Shown here: positions 1 through 11,934 of the stretch, piece by piece
Layout: each line of letters starts with the position of its first letter
Numbering within the stretch: position 1 is the first letter of the stretch
NCBI GenBank assembly: GCA_036172245.1
Contig: JAYWIR010000027.1
Span: forward strand, 1,426,001 to 1,490,000
From: Raillietiella orientalis
Taxonomy: Eukaryota
Direction: 5' to 3'
Length of the DNA: 64,000 nt
Notes under the pieces: model-generated
What the model was told of the DNA's origin: nothing
Database searches by the model: none
The model's input: only the letters and a program-made list of their open reading frames with translations
Made by a program: the position numbers and the translations under genes

Positions 1-756
1 CCGTCCCCATCGCGCGGGCGACTTCCCTTTGGTGTCCCACTCCGGCAGGTGATGACCGCTCGCGGGCTTTCTGCAAAGAAAGGAAGAAGGCGGAGGTTCG
101 TGCGGAATTCGCCGTCGCCCGTCCCGTGCCGCCAAGCGAGGCGTGCCCAGGCCGCGTTTCCATGGGCGCTCGTCCGCGCTCGCCGTCCGCATATCGTTTT
201 GTTTTCTTTTCCTTTCCTTTGAAAAGACCTCGAATTCGCCCGCATGTTTACCCATCCGGTGGTCGAACACACCGGCCATTGCGTCGGGCCGGCGTCCAGC
301 TGGAATCGTTCAGCCGAAGGGGTCAACGAAGAGGCGCGGGCGAATTCGGAGATCCAAGACGGCAGAATCGCTCGCCCTGTTGCTGCCGCTCGGTCGAGCG
401 CGCGGAGGGAGGAGGGAAGGTCAGGAGGAGCAGCGAAATACCCCACGCGGCGTAGCTTTCTTCCCTCTTTCTTTTCTCCCCTTCTCCCCCTCGTTCCGGG
501 GGATCTCCTCGCGGGAGGGGACCGGCAGGACGGGCACCCGCGCGCGCGGCGGGAAATGGCGGCGGGGGCCAAAGGACTGCGTTCCCCGTCCGTCCACGGA
601 GGACGGGGAACGTAGGATGGAAGGATTCCCGGGGAATCGCGTGGGACGGGAGGAGGCGCCGGAAACTCCCCCTCTCCTCCTCCGCTTGCCTGCACCCAGC
701 GTGGTTGCGCGCACGGAATCGGCCATTCGAGGCGCAGCAGGGACAACGTCCCGAAT

Positions 757-1704
757 CCCGTCAAGGGTCACGTGGAAAACGCCCATGGCGAAATCCCGAA
801 AGATCACAGGAAATGAATACGTGCGTTTATCTACATGTATACAGATCAGCATGCAAATGTGGTTTGACATACATATTTATTCACATGCATATTATTCATA
901 TAATTAATACGTATTAATATTATTAATGTATATATCAAAGATTATGAAAATCAATATATGTGTTCATTGTATTTATTTTATTTTTTCCCCACTATTTTAC
1001 AGTGTCCCCATTATTTTTTTTATTTTGGATAATTCGATATTTATATATTCGTTGTATATACATTTATTACATAAGAATACATATATGAATATACATTAAT
1101 ATGCATAATAAGCACACATGTACCTTACAATCTTTCATGTGTATTAATAATGTATCAATGCTGATGCATATTATTAATTATATTAATAATGTATATGCTA
1201 ACAAATATTAACTGATACGTTTGCCGAAAAAAATCTATATGTAAACATATATACTTGTAAGCACAGTAAGCATATGTACTTATCTTTAATGATCTTTATA
1301 ATATATGTAATGAATCCATATACATATTAATACACATAACGAGCATATGTATTATGTATATCAATCTATATATAAATGCATATACTAAAATGCATAACAG
1401 ATATATGTATTTATTTTTTATGATCTTTATAAGTTTGGATTAATCCATATACAAATGTACATATTAAAATACATGATGAACATAGGAATTATGCATCAAG
1501 CTGTGTATAAACTATGTATTTTATATATGGACTACATTAATCGTTTATACAGAGATTGTATTTATCGTTTCCAATCCATATTATAAACATAATCTATATA
1601 TAAACTATTAATGTATTCTATATACTGAAATGCCTAATAGGCATGCATGTGTATTTATTTCCCGTGACCTTTCGAGATTTGGACGTTCGGGGTTTTCGAC
1701 GGGC
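757..1704. mobile_element. AT-rich non-autonomous TIR element (MULE-like MITE), ~0.95 kb
   Basis: Left arm 791-820 AAATCCCGAAAGATCACAGGAAATGAATAC matches the reverse complement of 1651-1680 at 26/30. Very AT-rich non-coding interior inside GC-rich flanks. Same terminal motif at 55124 and 57361. No clear TSD; exact ends approximate. Confidence 0.7.
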
Positions 1705-2517
1705 CCCGAGCCGGTGCCCACGAGGTTGGCGGCGACCATCAACGAGTAAGAGGATGGGGGCACCAGCAACTCTTTGGTGCTACCGCCCGCAGCTTGCGCA
1801 TCGTCAGCATCAGACGTATGGAGCAAAGGGAACGCTTACGGGACCTCGAGATCTTTGGGATCGGGGGGGGGGGGGTGCCACAAGAACAAACGTTGTCCGG
1901 ATCCGGTAGAGTTGAGGAGCGCAAGAACACTCTGTTCCCATCCTGCTTGGCAGGGGGGAGTCCCCGCGCTTCCCGGATGACCGGGAAAGCCTTTAACAGG
2001 GAAATGCCGTCTTCAGGAAGGCGAGCTTACTGCGATGTACCTTGTCGCTGTACAGTACCGTCGGCTGCTTGTGCGTTACTGTGGATTCGGGAACCCGAGT
2101 GAAAGATCGTAGGAGTTGGGCGGACGCGGACAAGCAGCTGCACGGCCCCCCGCCCCCACGTTCTCCGGCGTTCCGCGAGCAGTGACGAGGATCCGGAGGC
2201 GTCGCCAAGGACCACGACCGCCCCTCGAAGAAGCGCCAAGCCCCGCGGGAAGAAAGCAGGGCGCGATTCGCGCGACCCGGTCACGCGGCACAAAAGTACG
2301 CCGGGGGCCTCGGTGGCAGCCGAGTCTCCCCAGTACGGAGGGAGCGGGGAGCGGAAGGGGGGGAGCGGCCGGCCGGATGACGCCGACGCCACCCGTGCCC
2401 GTAATTAGCCGCGCGCATTCCGGCAACCTCCTGAAAGTTTGCCCGCCGGTTGCTTTTCCCGCGTCTCTACCCAGCCCAACGTCGTGGGTTCCCGCCAAAC
2501 TCTTGCCCTTTTTCCTT

Positions 2518-2558
<41 letters not shown>

Positions 2559-2559
2559 G
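2518..2559. repeat. (TA)n microsatellite
   Basis: TA run with a single TG interruption. Confidence 0.95.
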
Positions 2560-3499
2560 ACCAATGATCTGGGCAGAGCATGGACGACCCGGTACCCACA
2601 TCTGAAAGGTGGGCAGCATCGATGCGGGGAGCGAACACCGCCATTTCGGAGGAAGGAGAAGGGGCAACAGAAGGGGAGGGTGGGGGGGGGGGGAAGGGAG
2701 GAGACGAGGAAAACAACAACAACTCACCACACTCGCCTCGCGGGTTTCTCTCTCACCTTCCAAGTCACAGGAGATGCACACGTGGAACGTTTTCTGCTCG
2801 CCGGTGAACGTGTCTCCGGCGTGCGGCTCGCTCTCGCAACGCTCCTCGGATAATTCTGCCTCTCGCCTGTGGAGAATTCGCTGGGCCTACCCGCAGGCGT
2901 TTATTTGCACATCATCAGTAGTCGCCGAAGTAACGACCGTGACCTAACAGTGGATGTGCCCGTAACGCTGACGTCACGAGCGCGCGCGCCGCCGGCGCTG
3001 CTTCCTCCCGGCCGCCGCGGGTCCCGTGCGCGCCGATTCCACCCCTCGTTCCTTGCAGCCACCACTTTCCCCCTCCCCCGCCCCCCCCCCCTTCCTCTTC
3101 CTCCTATTCCTCCCTGGAGATGCGCCGCGCGTAGGGAAGGATTTCGCGATCGTTTTTTTTTCCCTGCTTGCGTTCGCTTTCGGAAAGTGCGAGCGTCGGA
3201 GGGGGAGCCTTTTGGAAAGGGGGAGGAGGGCAGGGAGCGCGGGGTTGGGGTGATCTGCCGCTCACCTCGCGCCGATCAAGAGGGATCGACGGGAATCGAT
3301 GGGCAGGCACCCAGCCGTGCGGAGACGCCGGCAGAGCGTTTTTCCTTCCCCTCCCCCTCCTTCCTCCCCCGCCTTTCTGATTCGTCGCCCAGCGAGCTGT
3401 TCGCGGATTCTGATCACGTGATTTCATAGCGCGGATTCCTCCTGCACAGAAAGGGGACGGCAGCACGACTTTGGAGGGAAGCCGCGGGTGCATCCTCCG

Positions 3500-6400
3500 C
3501 CATGCCTGCATTCATCTTCATTGACTAATCACGGCCGAGACGGGCCGCTCGAGGGGCAGAGTAAAGGACAACAACCGGAAGCTGCGCGCGGGTGGTGAAG
3601 AAAGGATGAAAAATTCGTGCGTCCGCTTCGGAGCGCTCGCCAGCTGCGGGAGCTGCCCGCCCGTTGCCCTCCGTATTGCGATCCGTCGCCAGGTGGCTCG
3701 CCACCATCGAAGAGGAATTCGGCGGACCGACGACGCCAGCGGCGTTGGCTCCTCTGGTTCGGGAACGGGTCCGAAGCCTGCAAGTTTCCGGGGTCTCCTG
3801 GAAATTACCTGAGTATGCGAGTGGCCTCCGCGGGGATCCGAGAGCCGACGACCCCGAGGCAGGCGGGTCGAATCGGCGGATGGTGGCCACTCGCGCATGC
3901 GCTGCTGACAGGAGGAAGGGGGAGGGGGGCGCAGACGTTGCAAGCAGGGTCCCTCGCGGCTGTTTCGTTGCTCCCGCCGATGCATCCTCGTCTTCGCCCC
4001 GTCCACATCCGCAATTGTCTTCGAGAGCGAAATACTCTCTCCCTCTTGGCAAGGCGTACGTGCGGACGGCACGGCGGGACTCCACCTTCCGAGCAGGGCG
4101 CCGGAAGATGCGCGAGAGAGTCGGACTAAAGATGAGCGAAAGCAGCCGGAGAAAGGAATCCCTGCTCAGAGGAGCAGACCGTGCCGTCTCCCGCCTCAGC
4201 TCGAAGGCGCCCGGAAGACCTCCTGAAAGTGGACGGCGGTTCTCTGCGGGTGCCGGGCAGCATCCAGGGATGGCTTTCCTCGCTTGTTCCACCGAAGTCG
4301 GGCATCGCACGTTCCCGTTTCGCACGCCCCTGCGCGCGGGACAAAATCAGGCGCGCGCCTTCTTCGCACCCTCGACGGCCCCGCAGGGAAGGAGCTCCCG
4401 CTCTCTCCCTGGAAGCACCTGCATGGCTTTCGAACGCCAACTCTCCTGCCCCCATCCTGCAGAGGGAGAGACCTTTTGCCTTCCGAGGGAGCCGGCGGCT
4501 ACGTCAAGAGCTGCTTCGCGATTTCTGGGAGCTGTGCGGCACCCAAGGACCCTTCGTTCCAAGACCTTCGGGCCAATGTCTTTTCCATCCTTTCTGGAAG
4601 CCCAAGGTCTTTTTCCCGAAGAATTCTGGAAGCCTTCTGTTCTTGGAATTCCGGTCACCCTTCCATATGGAGATTCGTGAGGCCCGAGCAGACAGCCTAC
4701 AGAATCCTAAAGTGCCCTATGAGGCGGAGCGATGAATCCTCTCCTCCCCTCCCCCCAGGGCTTCCCACAAAGGTCTTTCTGAAGGGAAGGAGTGGTCACT
4801 CAGGCGAGCAGAGGACTCCGCTGCAGGTGGAATATCGCGAAAAGCAGCTGCCGCAGCGTCTTCTCTGCGCAGCTGCTTTTCGCGATGCTGCGCATGCTCC
4901 CTTCGGTAGCACTAGGAGCTTCCCTCTCCTTCCCTTGAGAGCAGTTCGTATCTTCGGGAGGGGCGACCTTCAGAGCACCCCTGGCTAGCTGCTGCCTTTG
5001 GAGAAGGAAGGAAGAATGTGGCTCTCTGCCGCCGGTTCGCTCCGAGAGGAGAGTTCAGAAGAGAGGGGGAGGATGAGAGAGAGGGCTCTTGGGCGAAACT
5101 GGAGCTCTGGGAAGCAGAGCGCGAATGTCGAGAGCAGCGGACCATTTCGGGGGAAGCGGCAACGTGGGCGGGGCACGAGCCTCATCAACAGGGATGAGCA
5201 GTGGGAGGAAGCGGTCGGCTCTCTCTGGAAGGTGACTCGCGCAGCAGCCGAACACTTCTCCAGGCGGTTTTCCGGGATGCCTCGACTCCTCGGGCAGCTG
5301 GTGGAGAGCTCTGCTTCCCTTCGGTCTCTTCCATCACATCCCTTGCCCTTGCTTCCCTTCTCGTGGACTGAGTCTCCTCAGATTCCGGAGTCGAAGATTG
5401 AATGGAATAGCATGGAAGGGAGAAGCTTTGGGTACGTGAAAGCATTGGGAGGGGGGGGGGGCCTCGCTCGACGATGACTCCGCGAGGCCCCGCAGTCCGA
5501 CATATCCACACGGATGAAGGAAGATGCGTGTGGCGGAGGCGTGGCGTGGCGTCGGCGGCGCGTTTCGCACCCGTCCCTCCTCTCGAGTAGATGTGGGGGG
5601 CGAGGCTCCACTTGCTGCTCCACGTGGCTTATTGCGTCGAGAGCACAACAGGCATTCAGGGCATTTAACTCGCGCTCTCCGGACGCATCTCCAGCTCCTC
5701 TTCCTCTGAGGAGCAACCCTCGGTCCTACCCCTTCCTCCGGGACCGAATACGCATCCAACGCGTCTTTCCCACCTGCAGCACACGGAAGGCGGCACCTCT
5801 GCGCTTCCGATTCGCTGTGCCCTCGTCGCAATCCCGGGGCAACCCCCCTTTTACGGGTGCTCGAACCGACGCCTGCGCTCTCACAGTGCGGATGAGGACC
5901 TGTTCGCGATGTCTGCCCCTCATCCCTCTTCCGCGCCTCTTGAAGCACTGTCACCGACCTTAGAAGGATCTCCTGGATGATAGCTCGGTTTTCTCTTCGG
6001 AGTGAGCCGGAGAACCGGGGACTTTTTTCGGGGTAACCGAGGACCCCTGAGCTCGGCGCGTCGCGGTTCACCAGACTTCCTGTTGCACCCACGCCGCCCC
6101 CTTCGTCTTCCCCGCCGGACCACCCCGCCTCTTGGCAACGACACCGCATGTGCGGCAGCGCTCCCTCTCTCGTCCTGCGCCCGAGATCCCTGCCTTTCCC
6201 TGGGGGTGGGCGCGGCGGCTCGCACGGCAGGGCATGTGGAGGCGGGCAGCGCGGATGAACCGCGGGAAGTGCCAGGGGACCTCCTGCGACCAAGAGGTGG
6301 CTTGGCGCACGATGTGATCCCATTTTTATTGTGGGCCGACAGGGCAAGAAGACCCTGAAACAGAAGGGCGACCACACACGGCGACCATAACGACGGCGGT

Positions 6401-8600
6401 GTGGACCATACGATGAGGATGAGGATGGTGAGGAGGAGGAGGACTGCGATCACGAGAGCACAGCGAAGAAGGTCCAGCGAACCAGGAGGAACGCTGACCA
6501 TGTCCCCTACCCTCGATGCCCGCAGCATCTGCCGAGAAGACGAAGGCATCCGTGAGCTCTGCCTGCCCTTCGGTGGCCTCGGTCCGTGTAAGGGGGGGGG
6601 GGGGGGGGGCGAAGCGTCGGCTTTTCCGGAAGAAGGACGCCAGGAAGTGGCGCTCGCTGCTCGGACCAGAGGCCGTCACGCTGGACAACCTGGAGCGTGG
6701 GGCCGGCCCATCGAGGAGCTGATCCGTCCTATCGAAAGACCTCGATTTAGCTCTCTGAGGGACTCTCGCCGCTTCGGGGGAGGGAGCCTCCGGAGGCACT
6801 CCCTCCCACCCCCACGGGAGGATCAACGGCGGCGACTTCGTAAGTGGAGAGGTGCGGTTGGACGCCCGAGGGCTCCAGGGGTCCCCTTCTGTGCCCCTTC
6901 AGGGGTGGTTCTGCACTCGCGAGCCAGATGGGATGGAATCGACTGCTCCAGGCGTCGCCAGAGGGTGGCCCGCCACCGTGCCACGGCGCGTTGCGGGAGA
7001 CGCCGCGGGTCGAATCTGCGGGAGTAAGCAGCCGCTTCCTTCAGGACGTTGCGTCCGCAGGAGCGCTCCCGGTTGTCACGGACATCTCTCAAACCTCCAT
7101 TTTTCCGGGACGTCCCTTGAGCAAGGGTTGCGTAATGACCGCGGGGAGGAGTTAAGCACTTAATAGTTCCACCTACCCCCTCTTTCGCGACTCCTGCTGC
7201 TCCCCGGGCCGACTCCATCCGGTCTGCGTCAACCGCCGGAAGAATCGGCGGTGAAAGGGGGAAAAGCGGGGGAGTTGGTGGTGGCCCTTGGCTTGTGGGG
7301 GACTTCCTCTCTCGTGCGATCAGCGCGCCATCCCTGATGGGATGGCGCGCTGATCGCACAGGAGAAAAAAAGGGATGCGTCGTGTGGGAGGAATTCCCAG
7401 GGCACGCCTTCCAGCGGAGAAATCAAGGTCGGTGGAAGATGCAGCGAACGGGAGACCCGGGTCAAAGGGACTGCCCTGAAGCGCTCGAAGTTGGCCACGC
7501 ACCTACCAGACCATGCCGGAATAGAATTGCCCTGGATCGAAGGGCAGGTGGTCATGTCGGCCGGCCACCCCTCTGAGCTCCCGGAAACGGCGCCAGAAAC
7601 AACGAGGCGGAGGCAGGGGCGGAGGACGTTCGCGAGATCAAAAGGCGGTCTCGGGACCCCTGGAGTGCCGGGGTTCGGACGGCGACGAGACGGTGAAGGA
7701 GTCGCCGAATATGCCGGAGGAGCGCGCCGAGAAAGAAGTGGCGCTCTGTGGCCGCGGTCTTCGCAACTGCGGGCTGGCGGTGCCACCTCCTTCCGGCGCG
7801 AGAGCAAGACCTGGAGGGATCCTTTCCCTCCAGCGCATCCCCGTGGGACCCGTCCCCAGCTTCGGCTTCCGCGCGACCATCACCGGCAGTCTCGAGACGA
7901 AGAGGCCGACAGACCAAGCAATGGGAGCGACTCGCCTCCCGCCGGCCCACCCTCCGGCACGGGATGTAGCCTACGACAGGACCCCCCCATCGGGTCACCA
8001 CCGGCGATGCGACCACTTCAAAGAGCCGTCCAGGACTTCACGGGGGAGCCGGTGGGCCATTGGGGCCTGGCCCGTTCACCCTCTCTACCCTCGCTGCGAG
8101 GGGTCTGACCGGCGGCGAGACCCTCGAGGAGCCAACGTCCCTGCGCGAGCAGACGGGTGACAGGCGACTCGCCTTTGGCAGTGTCTACCGTCCTCTCCCG
8201 ACCTTCCGGGTGTATCCGATGGGTCGCCGCCAGCAGCCTTCCGGCCGTGCCCCGCCATCAGGCGATGCGAGAGGACTACGCTGAGCGCTGAGGAAGACGG
8301 ACAGAAGGAGCTGGGAGGTGGTCAGCTTCGAGACCCACACCTCTTGGACTGCAATCCTTGGACCGCGCAACGCCAGTTCATGGCGCCGCGCGGGAAGGGG
8401 GAGAGAACAGGGGTCCTCCTGGACCCTGCCCGCCACTTCGGCGCAACCCCTGGGGCATTCGGAAGCGCTCGAGTCTGCTGTCCACGGTTGATGTCCACGT
8501 GACCATCCGAGCTCGAGTGGCAGCGTCCTGGTATGCCCCGGAATGAAGATGGGGCGGGAGGGCTGGAGGCCCCGCGGGCCGCGCCTCGACAAAACGAAGC
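3500..8600 (+). mobile_element. Decayed non-LTR retrotransposon (L1/Tx1-like), frameshifted ORF2
   Basis: APE-like traces ~5520-5900 (GGGVAW; RIQRVF; TDACALTV resembling SDH.AL.V). RT thumb-like trace ~7430-7510 (RWKM..TRVKGTALKRSKLATHL). Degenerate C-terminal region ~8380-8500. Boundaries approximate. Confidence 0.5.
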
Positions 8601-8949
8601 GCCTCGCGGCTGTCCCCAGCATCCAACATGACCGCGGCGCCTGAGTGAGATGGACCTGCGGGTGGCGGCGACGCCTCCCGGTGAAGACGAAGAAGCGGCA
8701 TCGGCCGGCATGGATGTGGGCGTCTTCTCAGAGGACGGGACGAGGAGGTGGACAGGGTGCCCAATTGAGTGAAGACCCATCCAGGGACAGACTCGGGTGC
8801 ACCCTTGGAGCTTCCAGCTCTTGCGGAGTGTCGCCGCTTCCGGAACGACCTTCGCCTGACTTTCCGGGGGTCTCGTCGGGGAGCTACCGTCAGCAGAGCC
8901 CTCCGGCCGCTCCACCGCCATGAGGCGGCGACATCGAAGGTCAGGTCTG

Positions 8950-10930
8950 GACGTTTATTTTTAAAAAAATGGACCACAAGTCAGAGGGGAACGGCGTCTC
9001 TGAATGCAAGAGATGTCCCTCGCCCCAAAACAGAAGTTCATTAGGGATGACCACCAGCACGGAGGCTGGCTTTTAAAAAAGCAGGGAGTGAAAGGAGAAC
9101 ACAATAAATTAAGGGAAAAAAAGAGAAGGGGGTAAGGACAGGGGTCTTTGGTTTTCTTCGTTCCTTCCTTCCTTGAAGCGGCTGTGTGGTGGCTGCCTTC
9201 TCTGATGACCTTCCTCAGATGAGGCCATCGTGCAGCCGTCCTCATGAAGGCAACTGATGGCCTCCCTTCGCTGCGAACGGGAAACTCCAACACTTTGCGG
9301 ACTGTCACACCATGGCGCGCGGATGGAGGAGCGTTTCTGCCGCTCAGGGCGATGAGTGAAACGTGCCCTTCGGGCGTCGCTCTGCGCGTTGGGCTCGCCA
9401 GCCCAGTGGGTCCTGCCCTAAGGCACGCGCCGGAACCAACGGTTTCGATCAAAGGACGCCTCCGACGACCGGAGGTCCCGGGCGCTTGGGGATCAACCCT
9501 CTTCGTCCGTGGGAAGCGCCCGCATCCTTAAACAGAGGGAAAAGGGGGGGGGATAGCGCGCCCTACGCGAAGTGAGCAGAGATTCCTGCGGCGGAAGTTC
9601 CCGCCCTATCCGGCACATCCGACTAACCAACGGAGACCTGGGGTCGCCACCAGCTTTTCCACGAGGCCTGCCGGATCCCGGAGGGCGACGCCCGTCCGGC
9701 GGTCGCGTGCCCGGATGGGAAGGGGGCCCTCCGGAAGACTACCCCGCGTCTTGCAGCCTAACTAGGACGCAGGCGAGATCCTCCCCGGTTTCCGATCGGG
9801 GGCGAGACCGTCTCATCCCCCTTCTCCATAAGGGAGGGCAGGGGGACAAAGCGATCGGCGGTCCTCCGGTGCCGCCGCTGCTCCATCGCGTGGCGAGCCG
9901 CGCCACTGCCGCGAGGGTGCAGGGCAGCGCTGCGGTCGCCCTGCACACCGGTAGCCCATGTAGCGCAGGGAGCCGCACGCGCCAGCTTCCCAGGGCAGTC
10001 CTCCAGGAGCAGCAGTGGTGGAGGAAGACCTACGTTTCCACCAGCACTTCCTGCGCCGGGAAAGGTGTCGGTGGTCACGACAGGGAGCTGCGTCCACTTT
10101 CACCATCACCGCCGCCGCCGCCTCTGCCGGATCCGCGTAGTGGGGGAGGAAGGAAGGGTTGTGGCGGCGCTGATCCGTCCGGAAAGCAGATGCGCCGAAG
10201 CGTGCAGCGCCACTCCAGCAACCCTTCAGCAGCGCGGTCCACACGTTTTAGGCTGGGCATTTTACGATCGCACTGGTCGCGCCGCGTGCCGGCCAGCAGC
10301 GGAACCACGTGCCGTGCAGCTTCCTCGGACGGCACGCAGAGCGGCGCCACTGCGTGCGCGTTTTTCGGCCCCTGACGCGATTCCGAGATGGACGTGGAAG
10401 AGGAAGAAGGTGGTGCAAGAGCGGCTGCGGACGACGCAGTGCCCACCGCCGCTTCGAAAGCCTGAGGGCACGAAGACACGAACCGCCCGGGCACCTTTCG
10501 GCGGCGGCGGGGGCGGCGCCGCGCGCGCGCAGTCTCGGCACGGAGGACGGGCGGCGGTCGCCAGCCGCCCGGTGGCGACGACGGGAACCAGCAGTGACGA
10601 TGTCGAAGCCGCCGATGCACATCCGCTCGAGGAGAGGACCGACGACAGACAGCGCCAACTCTCGGCGGCGCACCGCAAACTGCGGTGCCGCGCGAGCAAA
10701 GATGCAAAGAAACGCAAGCCGCGCGTTCCCCGTCGCGAAAGCGGAGAGACGCGCGAGTTTTGTGCTCCAAAGCGGATCTCGTCGACGCTGGACCATCCCC
10801 CGCGCTCGCCGGATTCGCCTCCTCCCGAGCGTTTCCTGCTCTCCAGAACGGGAGTCCTACCGAAGGAGGGGGGGGGGAGAGATCTGACCCTGCCGATGGC
10901 ATTCGGGCATGGCCGCGAACAGAGCGTCTG
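8950..10930 (-). mobile_element. Decayed non-LTR retrotransposon fragments
   Basis: Minus-strand T-rich 3' UTR (9090-9150) ending at AATAAA (~8954-8959), preceded by degenerate ORF2 C-terminal-like sequence; ORF1-like fragment ~10400-10900. Confidence 0.4.
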
Positions 10931-11934
10931 AAGGAGGACCCTGAAAAGGACTACGCCAGCACCATGCCGAAGATGGGACCCCGCGCCAGGCGGCCTGCAG
11001 AGCCGGGCCGATCCCGTTCCGAATAAATAAAATGTAAGAAAAATAGACGTATTTTTTTTGGTGATTTTTTTTTTCCCCGGGTTCTTTTGGATGTTCATCG
11101 ACCCCAGTGCTGGTGGTTTTGGACCGCAATGCTTGCGTGGTGCCTCTGCCAAGCAGCAGAGTTCGATGGATCATCCGGCAAAGACAGAATCCGACAGGGA
11201 AGCGGAGCGAATTCGCGCGTGCATTTCGCCCCTCTGCCAGAATCTCGAGGTGGACCGTAAAGAAGGTGGGCAAGGGGCCGCAGGGCGCTCCTCGGCACCT
11301 CCCTTGCTCGCGGGTCGTGAGCGCTCTTGGCGGGCCGCAAACCAGGAAACTTCGGCATCGGCGAGAACAACGTCCGAGGTGCCAGCAATGGCGCCGGAAT
11401 GACGAACCCAGCGAAGGCGAAGACTGGCTCGTCAGGACGCGCGCGTCGCCGTCTCTTTCGCGGCTGCGCTCCAGGAAGAGACGATGTGGCATCTGACGTC
11501 ACCGTCTCGCAGCGATGTCCTCCCTTCCTGAGGATGCGCTCCGTCCCCTCTTCTGCCTCCCGCGAACGGAACCGAGGTGTGGTGCGCTCGCCACCGTCGA
11601 GAGGTTGACGCGATCCGAGGGTGAGGAAGATTCTGGGTCCAGAGATCTCTGCAGAGAGGTAGCTCCGATCTTCCTTCGCAGCCACGTGGACGCGCAAGTC
11701 GCAATACTGGCTGGGGACGAGGATGGCTGTAAGGCCAAGGGGAACGAAAACGGAGGGGATATGGATCGCGTGCTACGCGATGTGGTCGTGGATGTGGAGC
11801 TGAGGCAAGGACTCCGCGTTCCCTACTGGAGAGCGAAGACATGGAACCCAAGAACGTGTTGATTGTTGGAGACAAGCCTTCGGTTCCGCCTGTTCTTGTG
11901 AAGAACAAGTTGGGTCACCACCCGGTCACACCGA

